From the NCBI RefSeq assembly GCF_004010195.1, contig NC_057728.1, positions 40,734,376 to 40,798,375 of the forward strand: a DNA stretch of 64,000 nt, in the 5' to 3' direction. Source of the stretch: Chiloscyllium plagiosum (Eukaryota). The notes under the pieces were generated by a model, which saw nothing but the letters and a program-made list of their open reading frames with translations, did no database searches and was not told where the DNA came from. Both the position numbers and the translations under genes were made by a program. Positions 50,914 through 63,135 of this stretch are shown in pieces (position 1 is the stretch's first letter; every line of letters begins with the position of its first letter).

Positions 50914-51083
50914 CTCTCTTATTAATTCCTTCCTAACTTTTGTTTCATTATATAGATGAGGAAGAACAGTATCCAAGAGGTCCCTGATTAGCGATGGTTT
51001 ATTATGTGCAGCTGAATTGAAGGTAACTAAAGCCACTCTTCTCACATTGAGATCTGGATCTTCCAATGTTTTCAGAAAATCAC
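50914..51083 (-). CDS. CAND1: CAND1 coding exon (exon 12 equivalent)
   Basis: 170 nt, [40 protein letters not shown]...ELIRE. Confidence 0.96.
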
Positions 51084-51174
51084 CTGAACGTGTAATTTAA
51101 ATAAAACATTATCACTAACTTCACAAAACATTTCACTATCTAAAGGATTTGTGAATCAACAGAAGCAAGTTTAC

Positions 51175-51270
51175 CTATGCAGTTCTTTAATAGAGGATCT
51201 ATCGGTTGCGGGTGATCAGAAATTGTAAACTTCACAGCTGTAACCACAGAGCTTCGAGCATAAGATGAAC
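51175..51270 (-). CDS. CAND1: CAND1 coding exon (exon 11 equivalent)
   Basis: 96 nt, [35 protein letters not shown]. Confidence 0.95.
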
Positions 51271-51608
51271 CTACAGAGGAAATGGCAAGGTTAAAACACA
51301 AAGGACTTGGCAGAATACATATTCCAATTCATTCCCTTTAAGATTTCTGCATTTGAGATCAGTAATCTTTTTGAAATGAAAACTTGAACTTGTGCAGACA
51401 AAATATGACTGTATACATAAAAAGCGTCATATACAAATTTCAACCAAAGTCTTGACCAAATGCCAAGTAAGCAATCTAAACAGAGTAAAGAAATTTTAAT
51501 CTTGCAAGTGAAGACCTATTTACACTGGCTTAATTCCCATTTTGAAGTCTTTGAAGCGGTGATAAGCAAGTTATTTCCACTTATTACACAAATTTCTGTA
51601 TTTATATA

Positions 51609-53044
51609 CAGAAAAACCTCTGTTGTCTGATCATCAATTATCCACATTTTGGATGATCCGAACAAGATCTCAAGGTCTTAAAGTTTGAGATCAGAAACTG
51701 GAATCTGTCACTACCTGCAGAAACTCTCTTTCTAAGAAAAACTGTTCACCTGTGAACTCAGCAACGTTTCTCCTGCTCTGCCTCTGTCATTTGTTTTCTT
51801 TCTTTCTTCCTTTCTGTTACAACCAACAGGAATGGTACCGAACTATAAGATAGTTTGTTGAGATGTGTTTATTTAAACAACTGAAGTATCTGATTTATAA
51901 ATTACCCACTATTGCAGCTGCTAAGAAATTGTCCGTGACCTGAAAACAATGTACTGTACCAAGATTTATTGCAAAGATAATCATTTACTTTCCATTGCGC
52001 CAAATGTTATTTTGCTCTAACATTTTTAGAGAGTGGTTTTCATTTCATAAAGCCTTAAAATGCTAATCAACTCTACAATGCAAATACCCTCGAACAGGAA
52101 AGAATTTTACAAATGGATTGTAGCTCCACACATTCCGTATTAGTTCTGCTTGTGAAATATTTACACTTTTTGTTTCTGGGGACATTACTTTCCATGTTCA
52201 TCAACCAGTATTGCTAGCATAGATACAATTGTTTGTGCTCGAAATGGAAAGCCGATTTCCACAAATTCAATTTAGCATCTTGGTACTACTTTTTAAAAAT
52301 GGGGTGCAGCGAAAGATCACAGGATTTTCAGTAAATTCCCCATGTTCTGTGATAATGTGCAAGAGATGCAAATAACCATCACAAAGAAAATCACCTTCCC
52401 AATGGATGATTGACAAATGTCAAGCTAAATCAGTAGAGTGTTCGTGGGGATGTGTTGACAATGCAAATATCATCACCATTATTGTCAAAACCTGGTTATC
52501 ATTGAGAATGAAAAAAGTTATAACAATGTGACCACAAAAGCCGTTTCCAGTATTCCCAGCATAGATATAATGGTTTGTGTTCAAAATGGGAAGCCAATTT
52601 CCAAAGATGCAGGACAAACTCAATTTAGCATCTCGGTACTTCTTATAAAAAATACAATTAAAACTCTCAAAAGTTTACTGTAGCACACGTAGAGACCTTA
52701 TACTCTTAGTACCTCAAACTATGTCTTTATGTTAAAGGGGCAGGACTACACTTGCAAATGTTCGGAGTTATCTGGAAAGCTCTGATGATTCATTTCAACT
52801 TTTTTTTTAAAATACTTTCATTGAATTCATGGAACAATTCAATCTATTTTAACCATTTTCAAAATTATGTGCCATCATAAATGCCCTTGTTTTGATTTGA
52901 TCAATTTGACTGGTGCTTCTGGCTGAGTGTGCGCGTCACGGGGTTCCATTTACATCGGAGAATACTTCCTTTGTTTATGATCAGATCAGTTATCCGAACA
53001 AAATACGCCCCGCCTATCTCATTTGGATAATGGAGGTTGTTCTG
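51609..53044. mobile_element. Non-autonomous Tigger/pogo-like DNA transposon in a CAND1 intron
   Basis: TA on both sides; terminal inverted repeats CAGAAAAACCTCTGTTGTCTGA vs CAGAACAACCTCCATTATCCAA (16/22, mostly CpG-decay differences); subterminal ATCCGAAC motifs. Confidence 0.65.
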
Positions 53045-53463
53045 TAGACATTTTAAGATACTAAAATATATCCTAAGGTTATATGCAGGAATGTTGTCAA
53101 GCAGAATTTGACACCAAGCTAAGCCACATGAAATATTAAGGCAGACGGCCAAATGGAATGATTTTAAGTGCCCTGAAAGAATAAAGATCAGTAAAAAATC
53201 AAAGAGGTTTGGAGAAAGAATTCTAGGCTCTAGAACCTTGGCAGCTGAAGGTGTAGTTGCCAATCACAGAGCAATATAAACTAGGGATGGTCAGAATTAG
53301 GTGAGTAGGGAATTGTAGAGCTGAACAGAAATAGGAAAACTCATGGCCATGGAAAGATTTTAAAAAAGAATTATAATTTTTAAAATGAAGGCATTTCTTA
53401 ATCAGTAGCTAATGTAGGTCAGTAAAGAAAAGATTAAGGAACAGGACGCGGTGAGAGTTTGGA

Positions 53464-53556
53464 GCTGAAAATGTGTTGCTGGAAAAGCGCAGCAGGTCAG
53501 GCAGCATCCAGGGAACAGGAGAATCGACGTTTCAGGCATAAGCCCTTCTTCAGGAA
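53464..53556 (-). mobile_element. 93-nt Penelope terminus insertion in a CAND1 intron, 10-bp TSD
   Basis: AGAGTTTGGA at 53454-53463 and 53557-53566; contains the hammerhead motif. Confidence 0.8.
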
Positions 53557-54222
53557 AGAGTTTGGACATCTGCAGTGTTTTAGGTGTTCTCAAATTTACG
53601 GAGGATGGAAGGAGGTAAGTAGGACAGGTGTTGCTTGGAATGGCCAAGCCTTGAAGTTGCAACAGCATAGAGGAGGGTTTCAACAGATAAGCTGAGCAAG
53701 GGATCAAGGTGCAGAGAAGAGTCAGACAAACTGCAGATATAGTAACGGGCAGTTACATCTTAGCGATGACATGAGTATGCAGTCAGAAGCACACATCAGG
53801 GTTAAATACAACAGCAAGGCTGCAAATGGTTTGTTTCAGTCTGAGATGGTTGAAATCAGCATTGAGCAAATAGTTTGTGGCAGATTTAGTCATTAACGTC
53901 CCCTTTCTATTCATTTTTCCTCTACGGCTCTTTCCTCATTTTCTTTAACATGAAACTTTTCCTTTGAAAACTGTTCACTCATTATCCCCACAGTATAAGA
54001 ATTGAATTATTATAGCGAGGTGGTATTGATGGCTTTCCACATAACCATGCAGAGCAATAGTTTGTTTTTATAATATCAACAAATAATAATTACAGATTAT
54101 TCAAAATTTTATTCTTTCACTTGAAGATACTACTTAGCAAAAATTGATACTATAAGCAAATACCGTATGAGATATAGAAGTTTTATATCAAACATATTTT
54201 ACATATGCTACATGTAATGTAC

Positions 54223-55716
54223 CTGATTCCAAGTATCCTTTAAGCCGTGGTAGTAACGTCTCTGGATCTATCAAAGTAAGTTTGCCCAGGCATTCTGCAA
54301 CAACATTTCGAGTTCCCTCTTCTGCACACTCACAATGTTTCAGCAGCAAATTCCAAATGTTTTCTACATATGGTTTGAGACCTCCAACTGACGAAGAGCT
54401 AATAATTTCTTTTAGAGAATGTAACAGGAGATATTGTCTTTTGGGTTGACTTGTTATTTCTTGCAGAACAAAAGGCAGATACTCAGGAAGGTTTCCAACA
54501 CTAATGCTTCCAAGGGCATAGGATGCTGCAGATTTGACCTCTTCACTAGAGGAAGAGAAAGCTTCTAAGATTACAGATTTAAGCTCAGTTTGTCCACTTA
54601 AGTCTATATGATGACCAACCTCTCCGAGAGAGAGCAAAGCCAAGAGACGGATAGAATCTGTGGATCGAGAATTCTTCACATCCTGGATAAACTGCCCAAC
54701 CACAGCTGGTCCTTCTCTGGGGCAGGCTCGGGTAAGTGCTGCGACACACTTTGCAATTGAGTAATAGGACTGCTTGTGAGTCAATGCACTGCTTTGGGAA
54801 TAAACTGGACCAGTCAGCATTCGCAACAACTCCATATAACCAAGATTTGCAGTTCCAGTCCCAACAAGAGCTTGGAAGAAATATAACATCGCACTAAGAG
54901 CTCCTCCTTGAAGTAGTGGGGACCGTACCAGCCCAATAAGCTCAGTAAGAATTGAGCCACTGACTTTCGAAAGAGAAGATGGGTGCACCTTGGCCAAAGT
55001 TGTAAGAAAGCTTATGGCCATCTGTGACACATGCATGTCACTTTCACTAATAAGAGGTGGAAGCTCCACTAGGACTGCTTCAATCATGGCAGGTGTCAGG
55101 CTGTCACTATAGTTCTTGATCAAGATATCCAAAGCAGAAAGGGTACTCAGTTTCAATGCTCGCTGGTTTTTCCTCAAGAATGAGGCTAAAATTGGTACTC
55201 CCTCACTCAGCACTGGTCGTAGGTCAATCTTGAGAGAAGATCCAGCAATTAACGTCAAAGCTTTAACTGTTGTAAGTCTAGTAATTTCATTCTTCAGTCT
55301 CTCCAAGAAAATCTGCAGTGTGCTGGGTAAATCACTGCCTAAATGGTCCCCAAGGTTACAAATGATCTGTCCCATGCAAGAAATAGCTCTCTCCTTCACC
55401 TCTTGATCAATGTCTGCAGCTTTCAAACGCTTGACAGTACATGTAAATAAGTCATTAATGTATGGGGAAGCATCAAACGAATATAAGTGATCTACAGGTC
55501 TAAGTACTTTTACAAGCTGCTGAGTTACAAGAAGTGCTTCTGAAGTAATCTTGTAAAATGGATCGCCCACGCAAGCCACAACTGGTGGAACTAAAGCTTC
55601 TACATGAGGATGGAAGACCTGAGGCGAGTGGTTACAAAGGATAACATACAAACATGAGAGAGCATCGATCTTTAGATTGGATGAGCTGGATTTATCATTC
55701 AAGGAAAAGATTATCC
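54223..55716 (-). CDS. CAND1: CAND1 large coding exon (exon 10 equivalent), HEAT repeats
   Basis: 1494-nt open exon inside ORF 54188..55735, IIFSLNDKSSSSNLKIDAL...CAEEGTRNVVAECLGKL; AG at 55718-55717, GT at 54222-54221. Confidence 0.98.
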
Positions 55717-56922
55717 CTGCAAGAAACAAAAACAAAAAGTGACAGCAGTTTGGAATTTTTTTTTATTTATGAACAACCCAAATTATATTTTCTGTTATAA
55801 TATCAAGCAGCTCTCCCAATATAATTCTACAAAAGATAGAAATAGTTGTTCTAAGAAACAAATGTACAAATACCAACATTTTTTAAACAATGGATATTTA
55901 CTACTTTGACAGTACACTGGCTATATTGTTTTTTGAAGTCAACCTTGATTTAATGATTTGCTACTGACAATACAGATTTGCTAGTGTCAATAACAGGACG
56001 CAATACAAACATTAATATAGTGTGCTTAAAGTTTAACTTAGACTTTATGGGGTCTAACATTAACACATAGCTTGGAGAGAAAGGGGAATAGTAATTACAG
56101 ATTCAGTGGCTGTACCCCATTTTAGATTTCCTGTTTCTTCAACTGTTATATGATGCCAATTTTTAACTGGCTTCTCCTTACATATTGTTGCATAACCTGC
56201 TTTAAAATAGCTTGTGCTGCATCGCTTCAAAAACATACATTTGTAAAGCACCTTACGGAATATCCTAGGACCATTAAAAAGCGTGCTAGCCAAGCCACAC
56301 ACACAGCTGATCACCGAGATCTTCCAAACACGATAGCATTGAGCACCAAGATGTCCAGTGATATTGAGGTTGGTAATGGCCTCCAAGTTTCAGCGATGCC
56401 CAAACCAGTTCATTGATGAATTGAAGCTGAAGCTGGACACAATAAGTCCAAATGCTTCGGCATAAAAAGGTAATGCTGTAGTTTTAAACAAGGTCAGCAG
56501 CATGGATTCCTACTCCAAAGCTGACTGGAAAAATCAGTCATTTGGTCATCCATCAGTCAACTGGCCAAAAAAGCTAAATTTAAGGAGGACCTTAAAGGCG
56601 TAAAGTGAGATAGAATCCAAGAAGCATAAGGAACAAATTTCAGAGCAGGGGGCCTAGGTAACTGAGGCAAGGTCACCAATGGTTGAGCAATTTTAACTGG
56701 TTGATGGAAAGAGATCAGAAGGTTGTGAGGATAGAGATTATGGAGGTATAAAGTTGTTTGAAAACAAGGATGAGAAATTTAATATCAATGTGTTGATTGA
56801 CCTAGAACCCCCAATGTAAGTCAAGTAGGGGGTGGGAGAGCTCAAGAGCGAGCACAAGAGCAAAAGATTGCAGGTGCGCAAGAGAAGGTGAAAGTGTGAG
56901 GGAAAGAAATGGAGAAAGGGGG

Positions 56923-57700
56923 AGACAGAGAGAGAGACAGAGAGAGAGAGACAGAGAGAGAGAGACAGAGAGAGAGAGACAGAGAGAGAGAGACAGAGAG
57001 AGAGAGACAGAGAGAGAGAGACAGAGAGAGAGAGACAGAGAGAGAGAGACAGAGAGAGAGAGACAGAGAGAGAGAGACAGAGAGAGAGAGACAGAGAGAG
57101 AGAGACAGAGAGAGAGAGACAGAGAGAGAGAGACAGAGAGAGAGAGACAGAGAGAGAGAGACAGAGAGAGAGAGACAGAGAGAGAGAGACAGAGAGAGAG
57201 AGACAGAGAGAGAGAGACAGAGAGAGAGAGACAGAGAGAGAGAGACAGAGAGAGAGAGACAGAGAGANNNNNNNNNNNNNNNNNNNNNNNNNNNNNNNNN
57301 NNNNNNNNNNNNNNNNNNNNNNNNNNNNNNNNNNNNNNNNNNNNNNNNNNNNNNNNNNNNNNNNNNNNNNNNNNNNNNNNNNNNNNNNNNNNNNNNNNNN
57401 NNNNNNNNNNNNNNNNNNNNNNNNNNNNNNNNNNNNNNNNNNNNNNNNNNNNNNNNNNNNNNNNNNNNNNNNNNNNNNNNNNNNNNNNNNNNNNNNNNNN
57501 NNNNNNNNNNNNNNNNNNNNNNNNNNNNNNNNNNNNNNNNNNNNNNNNNNNNNNNNNNNNNNNNNNNNNNNNNNNNNNNNNNNNNNNNNNNNNNNNNNNN
57601 NNNNNNNNNNNNNNNNNNNNNNNNNNNNNNNNNNNNNNNNNNNNNNNNNNNNNNNNNNNNNNNNAGAGAGAGACAGACAGACAGACAGAGAGAGAGAGTC
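56923..57700. repeat. (AGAGAGAGAGAC)n tandem repeat spanning an assembly gap (57268-57664)
   Basis: Perfect 12-nt period up to the gap. Confidence 0.95.
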
Positions 57701-58374
57701 AGAATTGACTGAGAGAAGACATAGAAAAGTGAACAGCCAGAATTGCTGAAGTGCATTGGAATAATCAAGTGCAGAGGTACCAAAGACATGAATGTTTCAG
57801 TGTAAAAGAGCTGAGACAGCAAAGTCGGATAGTGTTACAGAGATGGAAATAGACATAGCGTTTGTAAAGTTGAGGTTAGAGACTCAGCTTGGGAGCCTCG
57901 CTCTCATTCTCTCCTTTTTCTTTGTAAGAAATTTAATCCCAGATGTAAAAAAAGTTTTCTATTCTTCCTTCCTTTGCTGACCCAGCCTAATTCTGCTTTG
58001 CACTAATTTGCCTTTTCATGACATTTTTTCTGTCTGCCCGATTCTGACAGCATAAGCCTTGGCCTAATTGTTGAGTTTGGTCAAAGTACTCATAAAGAGT
58101 GGTGGTTAGTGAAAAATGAATTTGAGTAAAAGCTATTAATATACTATTTCTGCATTTCTAAACTACCACATATTAGAACAAGGTATTAGATAGCACCTAT
58201 AACTCTGCAAAAAGTTTAAAGCTCGTAATTTGCGGATTATCAAGTTAAATTTGATACTGGATCATATACAAAGAAAATTGCATTGGTGACCCAAACCTTG
58301 GTCCAGGAGTTAGGCTGAGGAGTATCTTAAAGGAAGAGAGATTGGAGTGGGAGGTGGTGGGGAGGGGTAGTGGC

Positions 58375-58487
58375 AGAGAGAGACAGAGACAGAGACACAC
58401 ACAGACAGACACAGAGAGAGGGAGAGACACAGACAGAGAGGGGGAGAGAGAGAAAGAGACAGACAGACACAGAGAGAGACAGGGACA
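58375..58487. repeat. GA/CA-rich low-complexity repeat
   Basis: Direct inspection. Confidence 0.8.
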
Positions 58488-59061
58488 GTTTGAAACTGTC
58501 AGGTTGTCATTCATTGGACATAGAACTGGCTGATTACTAAACAACTTAGACTTCTAAAGTCACAAATGCCAAATTCTGAAAATTTTTTTGGTCTATTCTT
58601 TCAAGGGATCTGAGCATCACTACTAAAATAGGTGTGTTGCCAATCCCTAAATGCCCCGGAACTAATTGGTTTATTCGGCCATTTTGAAGGCAGTTATGAA
58701 TCAACAACTGTGAATCTGTCGTTCTTTACAGGCCAAACCAGATAAGGAATGCAGATCTCCTCTCATAACAGACTTAAGTGAACCAGTTTTGTTTTCACAA
58801 AATCAAAGTTTCACGCTCATCATTATTAGAGACTAACTATCAATTCCATTGAATTTAAACCTCATCAGCTACTTTGTAGTAATTTGTACTCACACTCTGA
58901 ATTACTATTCCAGTGAAATAGTCACTGTGCCACTGTCTCCCCATGCCATAGATAAAAAATTTCCCAACTCTATCTTATAGCTTTAAATAAACACATTTAC
59001 TGCATCAGCTTACAAAAATCACAGACTGCAGCAAAACTGACGAAAAAACATCAATACTTAC

Positions 59062-59203
59062 CCGGAACAAGAACTGGCACATGCTGAGTCAAAGCACCAG
59101 GCAACACATTCACCAGCTCAGTTAACATGTGAAAGCAACACTGACGGGTCTTCACACTTTTCTCTTTCATTTGCTTGTGTAAAGCTTTAACAATGTTGGG
59201 AAC
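59062..59203 (-). CDS. CAND1: CAND1 coding exon (exon 9 equivalent)
   Basis: 142 nt, [28 protein letters not shown]...VPVLVP. Confidence 0.95.
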
Positions 59204-60107
59204 CTTTAAAGAAAGGGATTTAAGCAGGCTCAGAATTATGCTTTCATGCCACACTCTTTAGCGACTTGAATACCATATAACTGACTGAGAAAAAAAAATC
59301 TGAAAGCAGTAACAGAAAAGATAAAATGTTCAATCAAATACCCAGCTTCAACATCGTAGCATTTCAAATGAACCACATATTCACTTAGGAGAATACGGTC
59401 TCACTGCTCCCAAAGAGGTAAATATCACTTTAAACCTTCATCTTGCTAATTAAAATAGTAGAAAAATAAGGATCAACTTATTAATGCTATTTAGTTATGA
59501 TAAAATTTCACTTTTTGGATCCAAGTATTATATAATAAACCACAAATTATTAACCAACCTCCACTGTACAATCATCTTTTAGAAGGAAAAAGCACTCTGG
59601 TCTTTCAAACTGAGCTCAAATGCAGAGAAAAATTATTTAAGGACCAGAATTCTAATCTCACCCCCAATAACAATCAGTTTTAACACTATATAAAACTTCT
59701 AAAGAATTAAATACAATCTGTAATTTTTTTTTTCAAATAAGAGAGCATATTCTTCATCCAAATGAGAAAAACATACTTTTTGCACTCAACACACACTGAC
59801 CACACAATGTACGAAACTTGTCAACAAACCTAGACTGCTGCTCATGGTCTTCTATCTAATTTTACATAAAAACAAACTAAAAGTAAAAGAATGAGTTAAC
59901 ATTAAGGGGGCTCACATATGGAACAATATAGACATCCATGTGGAAAAGTGTATAAATTTAAAATTATTGCAGGATTTTGATGACAGAACAATAGGTGTGA
60001 AAAGGCAATGTACCCAAGCACAACATCAATACAGGTTGGCAAGAGAATTTGTAATAAAGTCACAAAAAGATAACAGCTGTAATAGCATAAGCCACTGTCA
60101 AACGTAC

Positions 60108-60400
60108 TTGATTCTGCAGCATAACTAAAGGGGTCTCTTCTTGTTCCATTGCATCTGGGTCAAGGTGCCAGCTCTGAGCAGGCCTGGTCTGTTTGAGCAG
60201 CGAGAGATATGCATGGAAAACATCAGCTTTAACATTTTCTTCACGCTCCTTGAATCTGGCAATCAGCGCAGGCGATACTGTTTTATAAAATTCTGGTAGC
60301 ATTTCATGGCGAGTGCTGACAACACCATCTAAACACTTGGCAGCAGCACGTCGTACCTTCCAGCTCACATCATCATCATCACTGTACTCATCATCGCTCC
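60108..60400 (-). CDS. CAND1: CAND1 coding exon (exon 8 equivalent)
   Basis: 293 nt, AG/GT, SDDEYSDDDDVSWKVRRAAAKCL...RFKEREENVKADVF. Confidence 0.96.
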
Positions 60401-60644
60401 CTAGTCAAGTAAACGATATTAAAAACTGAGTGCCTTTCAAACAAAAGTGATCATAGATTAAACAACTAAATAAAAAGAAATTCACTTAGGACTTACTATG
60501 CTGGAAAACAGCACACAAATGAAAGTCATATGAGACAAGGCACCAACTGTTAAAATAACCCAGTGACTCTCATTGTTTCATATCTAATATATCACTAATA
60601 TTGTTGAGTTATCGAAGGACGGGGTAAATATCAACATCATCAAG

Positions 60645-60965
60645 GAGGCTCAATAGCTAGCACCACTGCTCGACAGCGCCAGAGATCCAGGTTCAATTCC
60701 ATCCCTAGGGGACTGTCTGCATGGGTTTCCTCTGGGTCCTTCGGTTTCCTCCCACAGTCCAAAGATGTGCAGGTTAGGTGGATTGGCCATGCTAAATTGC
60801 CAGTGTTCAGGGATGTGCAGGCTATGTAGATAAGCCATAGCAAATGCAGAGTTAGAGGGATAGGTTAGGGGGTGTGGGTCTGGGTGGGATGCGCATCAGA
60901 GGGTCAATGTGGATTCAATAGGCCAAAATGACCTGTTTCTAAACTATAGGGATTCTATGATTCTA
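60645..60965 (+). mobile_element. V-SINE (HE1-like) in a CAND1 intron
   Basis: B box ggttcaattcc, V-domain, attctatg tail. Confidence 0.8.
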
Positions 60966-61139
60966 AGTACCTTTTCCAGAATGATAGATTTATAGCTGTT
61001 AACTAACAAGTAGTAACTCTTCTACAAGAACAAAAGTATACTCTCCAAATAATCCAAGTTGATATATATTTGTTTACATAAGTTTACCCCATTAACAACT
61101 TTATATAAAATAAGAGTGTATTAATTCCAGGTTCTGTAC

Positions 61140-61282
61140 CTTGATCATCATCATCTCCACCTTCAGATTCCATCGCAGCATCATCTTCATCATCATCATA
61201 ATTGTAATTGGGATCATATGTTAAATACCTCAGGCACAGGTTAATAATGGTTGTGACATGAAGAAAAACTTCCTTTGGGCAC
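61140..61282 (-). CDS. CAND1: CAND1 coding exon (exon 7 equivalent)
   Basis: 143 nt, AG/GT, CPKEVFLHVTTIINLCLRYLTYDPNYNYDDDEDD... Confidence 0.95.
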
Positions 61283-61570
61283 CTACGAAACATAGTCATT
61301 GAATAAATATTCCACTTAAGCTTGCGAAGTAATAAAATCTAGTTCCAACACCGAAGTGTTCAGAAAATACCGGTTCAGCTAGTCAAGGATACAAACTGTG
61401 TGATGTATTTCCTGCTCACAGATAGACAACAGGTCAAACACAATCCTTAATTCCAGAAATGGATTTATTTAGTAGCACACATTTTGTACTTAGGCAAAGG
61501 TTTATTGAATCAATGACCTTTTCCCTGCAACTTCTTTTTAAGTTAAAATATAACCGACATTGCACCTTAC

Positions 61571-61676
61571 CTTCTTACGAATGACTCAAAGGCTTGAATG
61601 CAATATTCTCTCAGTTCATCATCCTCCACACTGCAGAACTTAACGACTAATGGAATGATTTTCTCGAGGTATTCAC
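61571..61676 (-). CDS. CAND1: CAND1 coding exon (exon 6 equivalent)
   Basis: 106 nt, AG/GT, EYLEKIIPLVVKFCSVEDDELREYCIQAFESFVR. Confidence 0.95.
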
Positions 61677-61788
61677 CTAAAGAATAAATCAATAACAATT
61701 CAAAAATTCTCTCAAATAATTGCTTAAAAGCGTTAAAAAAATTAGCAAAAACATTTTAAAAGGGACTCCAAATGCAAATTTACATTAC

Positions 61789-62045
61789 CTATTCGGTGCC
61801 CTGCCTGCCTGCTAATAGCAGCAATACACTGAATATAAGTCCTGGTTGTAGACATGGATTCATTTTTGGCAAGCTCGGTCAACAAATGCTCAATTAGATC
61901 AACAAAGACCAAGTTTCCACAACTCATAACAAGGTGACCAAGAGCAATAATAGTTCTCTTTCGAACAGCAAGTCGGGGACTGGTAAGCTGAGGAAGAAGG
62001 CAGTTTAAAATTGATGGATGGAAATTAACCAGCAGACCTCCTTGC
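61789..62045 (-). CDS. CAND1: CAND1 coding exon (equivalent to human exon 5); earlier exons lie beyond the window end
   Basis: AG/GT-bounded 257-nt exon, QGGLLVNFHPSILNCLLPQLTSPRLAVRKRTIIALGHLVMSCGN...RQAGHRIG; sequence and size match CAND1 as I recall it. Confidence 0.96.
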
Positions 62046-62789
62046 CTAGAAAAATAAAATGCAAAATTCCAATTATAGTTCGAACTTAAAATGACTATCT
62101 TTGTTTAAACAGAATTTAAGTTAGCTTTTAATTCTAGAATGCAGCAGGTCTGACAAAAAAGCTAAGTACTGGTCAACATATTACAATAGTAACGGTCCTT
62201 TTTGCCCTGCACCACAAAGGGAACAATCTTGGAATAAGTGAAGTTAAAATGAAAGTTTCAAAAATGGACCAAGCTACAATGTTTAAATCAATTAGTCAAC
62301 ATTAGAACAATACAAGATGCAAACATTAACGCATATAGAGGATAAGGTACACATGTATGTTCATCACTCTATAGATATTGCATTCCACTTTATTGTTGGC
62401 CTTTTTTAAAATCAACACTGTCAAGCTTTTTGCTTAAGTTTTCCATGCATTTAAAAACAGAAAGCACTAGAAAAACTGAGCACGTCTGGCAGCATCTGTG
62501 GATAGACAAATAAGAGTTGATGTTTGGAGTCCAAACACTCTTCGCAACTTCTGCTGCCAGAGCCACTAAGTTACTTCAAAATTTTCTGATTTTATTTCAA
62601 AACCTCCGTTTGTTTTATTCTTCAATACATATGCTCCAGACAGACAACCAACATTTTCAAATTCAATTTACTTGTGAAGTCAACAGAAATATTTCCAATT
62701 ACTGTGTCATGTGTAGTACTCTCAGACTTACATCTCAAAGTCTTAAAAGGCAAGAAATATGCTCCAAAGAAGAATGAATGGGATGATGT

Positions 62790-63135
62790 TAGTCTTGTTA
62801 TTTTAGGCTACAGCTAGGAGTTGTGCATATTTCTGGTTGCCACACCATAGAATAGATGTGATGTCACCATTCAGGGCACAGTTCTTAGGTTAAAAAAAAA
62901 GGAGATTTAGAGAGCATTTGAAGACAACTTTTTTAATCCAAAAGGGTGGCGGTCATCTGGAATTCCATCTCAAAGTATGGTAGAGTAAGGAACCCTCAAG
63001 ACATTTTAGAAGTATTTAGATGACCACTTGAAACACATGAGCATTCAAGGATACAGGTCACATGCTGGAAAATCAGATTAGAATAGATACTGGATGACTA
63101 GCACTGTTTTTATGCTATAAAAACCCCATGGCTCT
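62790..63135 (+). mobile_element. Old CR1 fragment in a CAND1 intron
   Basis: Degraded CR1 RT end (tgtgcatatttctggttgccacacc) and 3' UTR similarity to the other copies. Confidence 0.5.

Noticed and set aside
52205..52653. Intronic duplicated unit as tandem snoRNAs
   Set aside because: No convincing C/D or H/ACA boxes, and it lies within a DNA transposon
56842..57822. Long ER/SL-repeat ORFs and ORFs crossing N runs (also 5485-6429, 30898-32022)
   Set aside because: Artefacts of a microsatellite and assembly gaps
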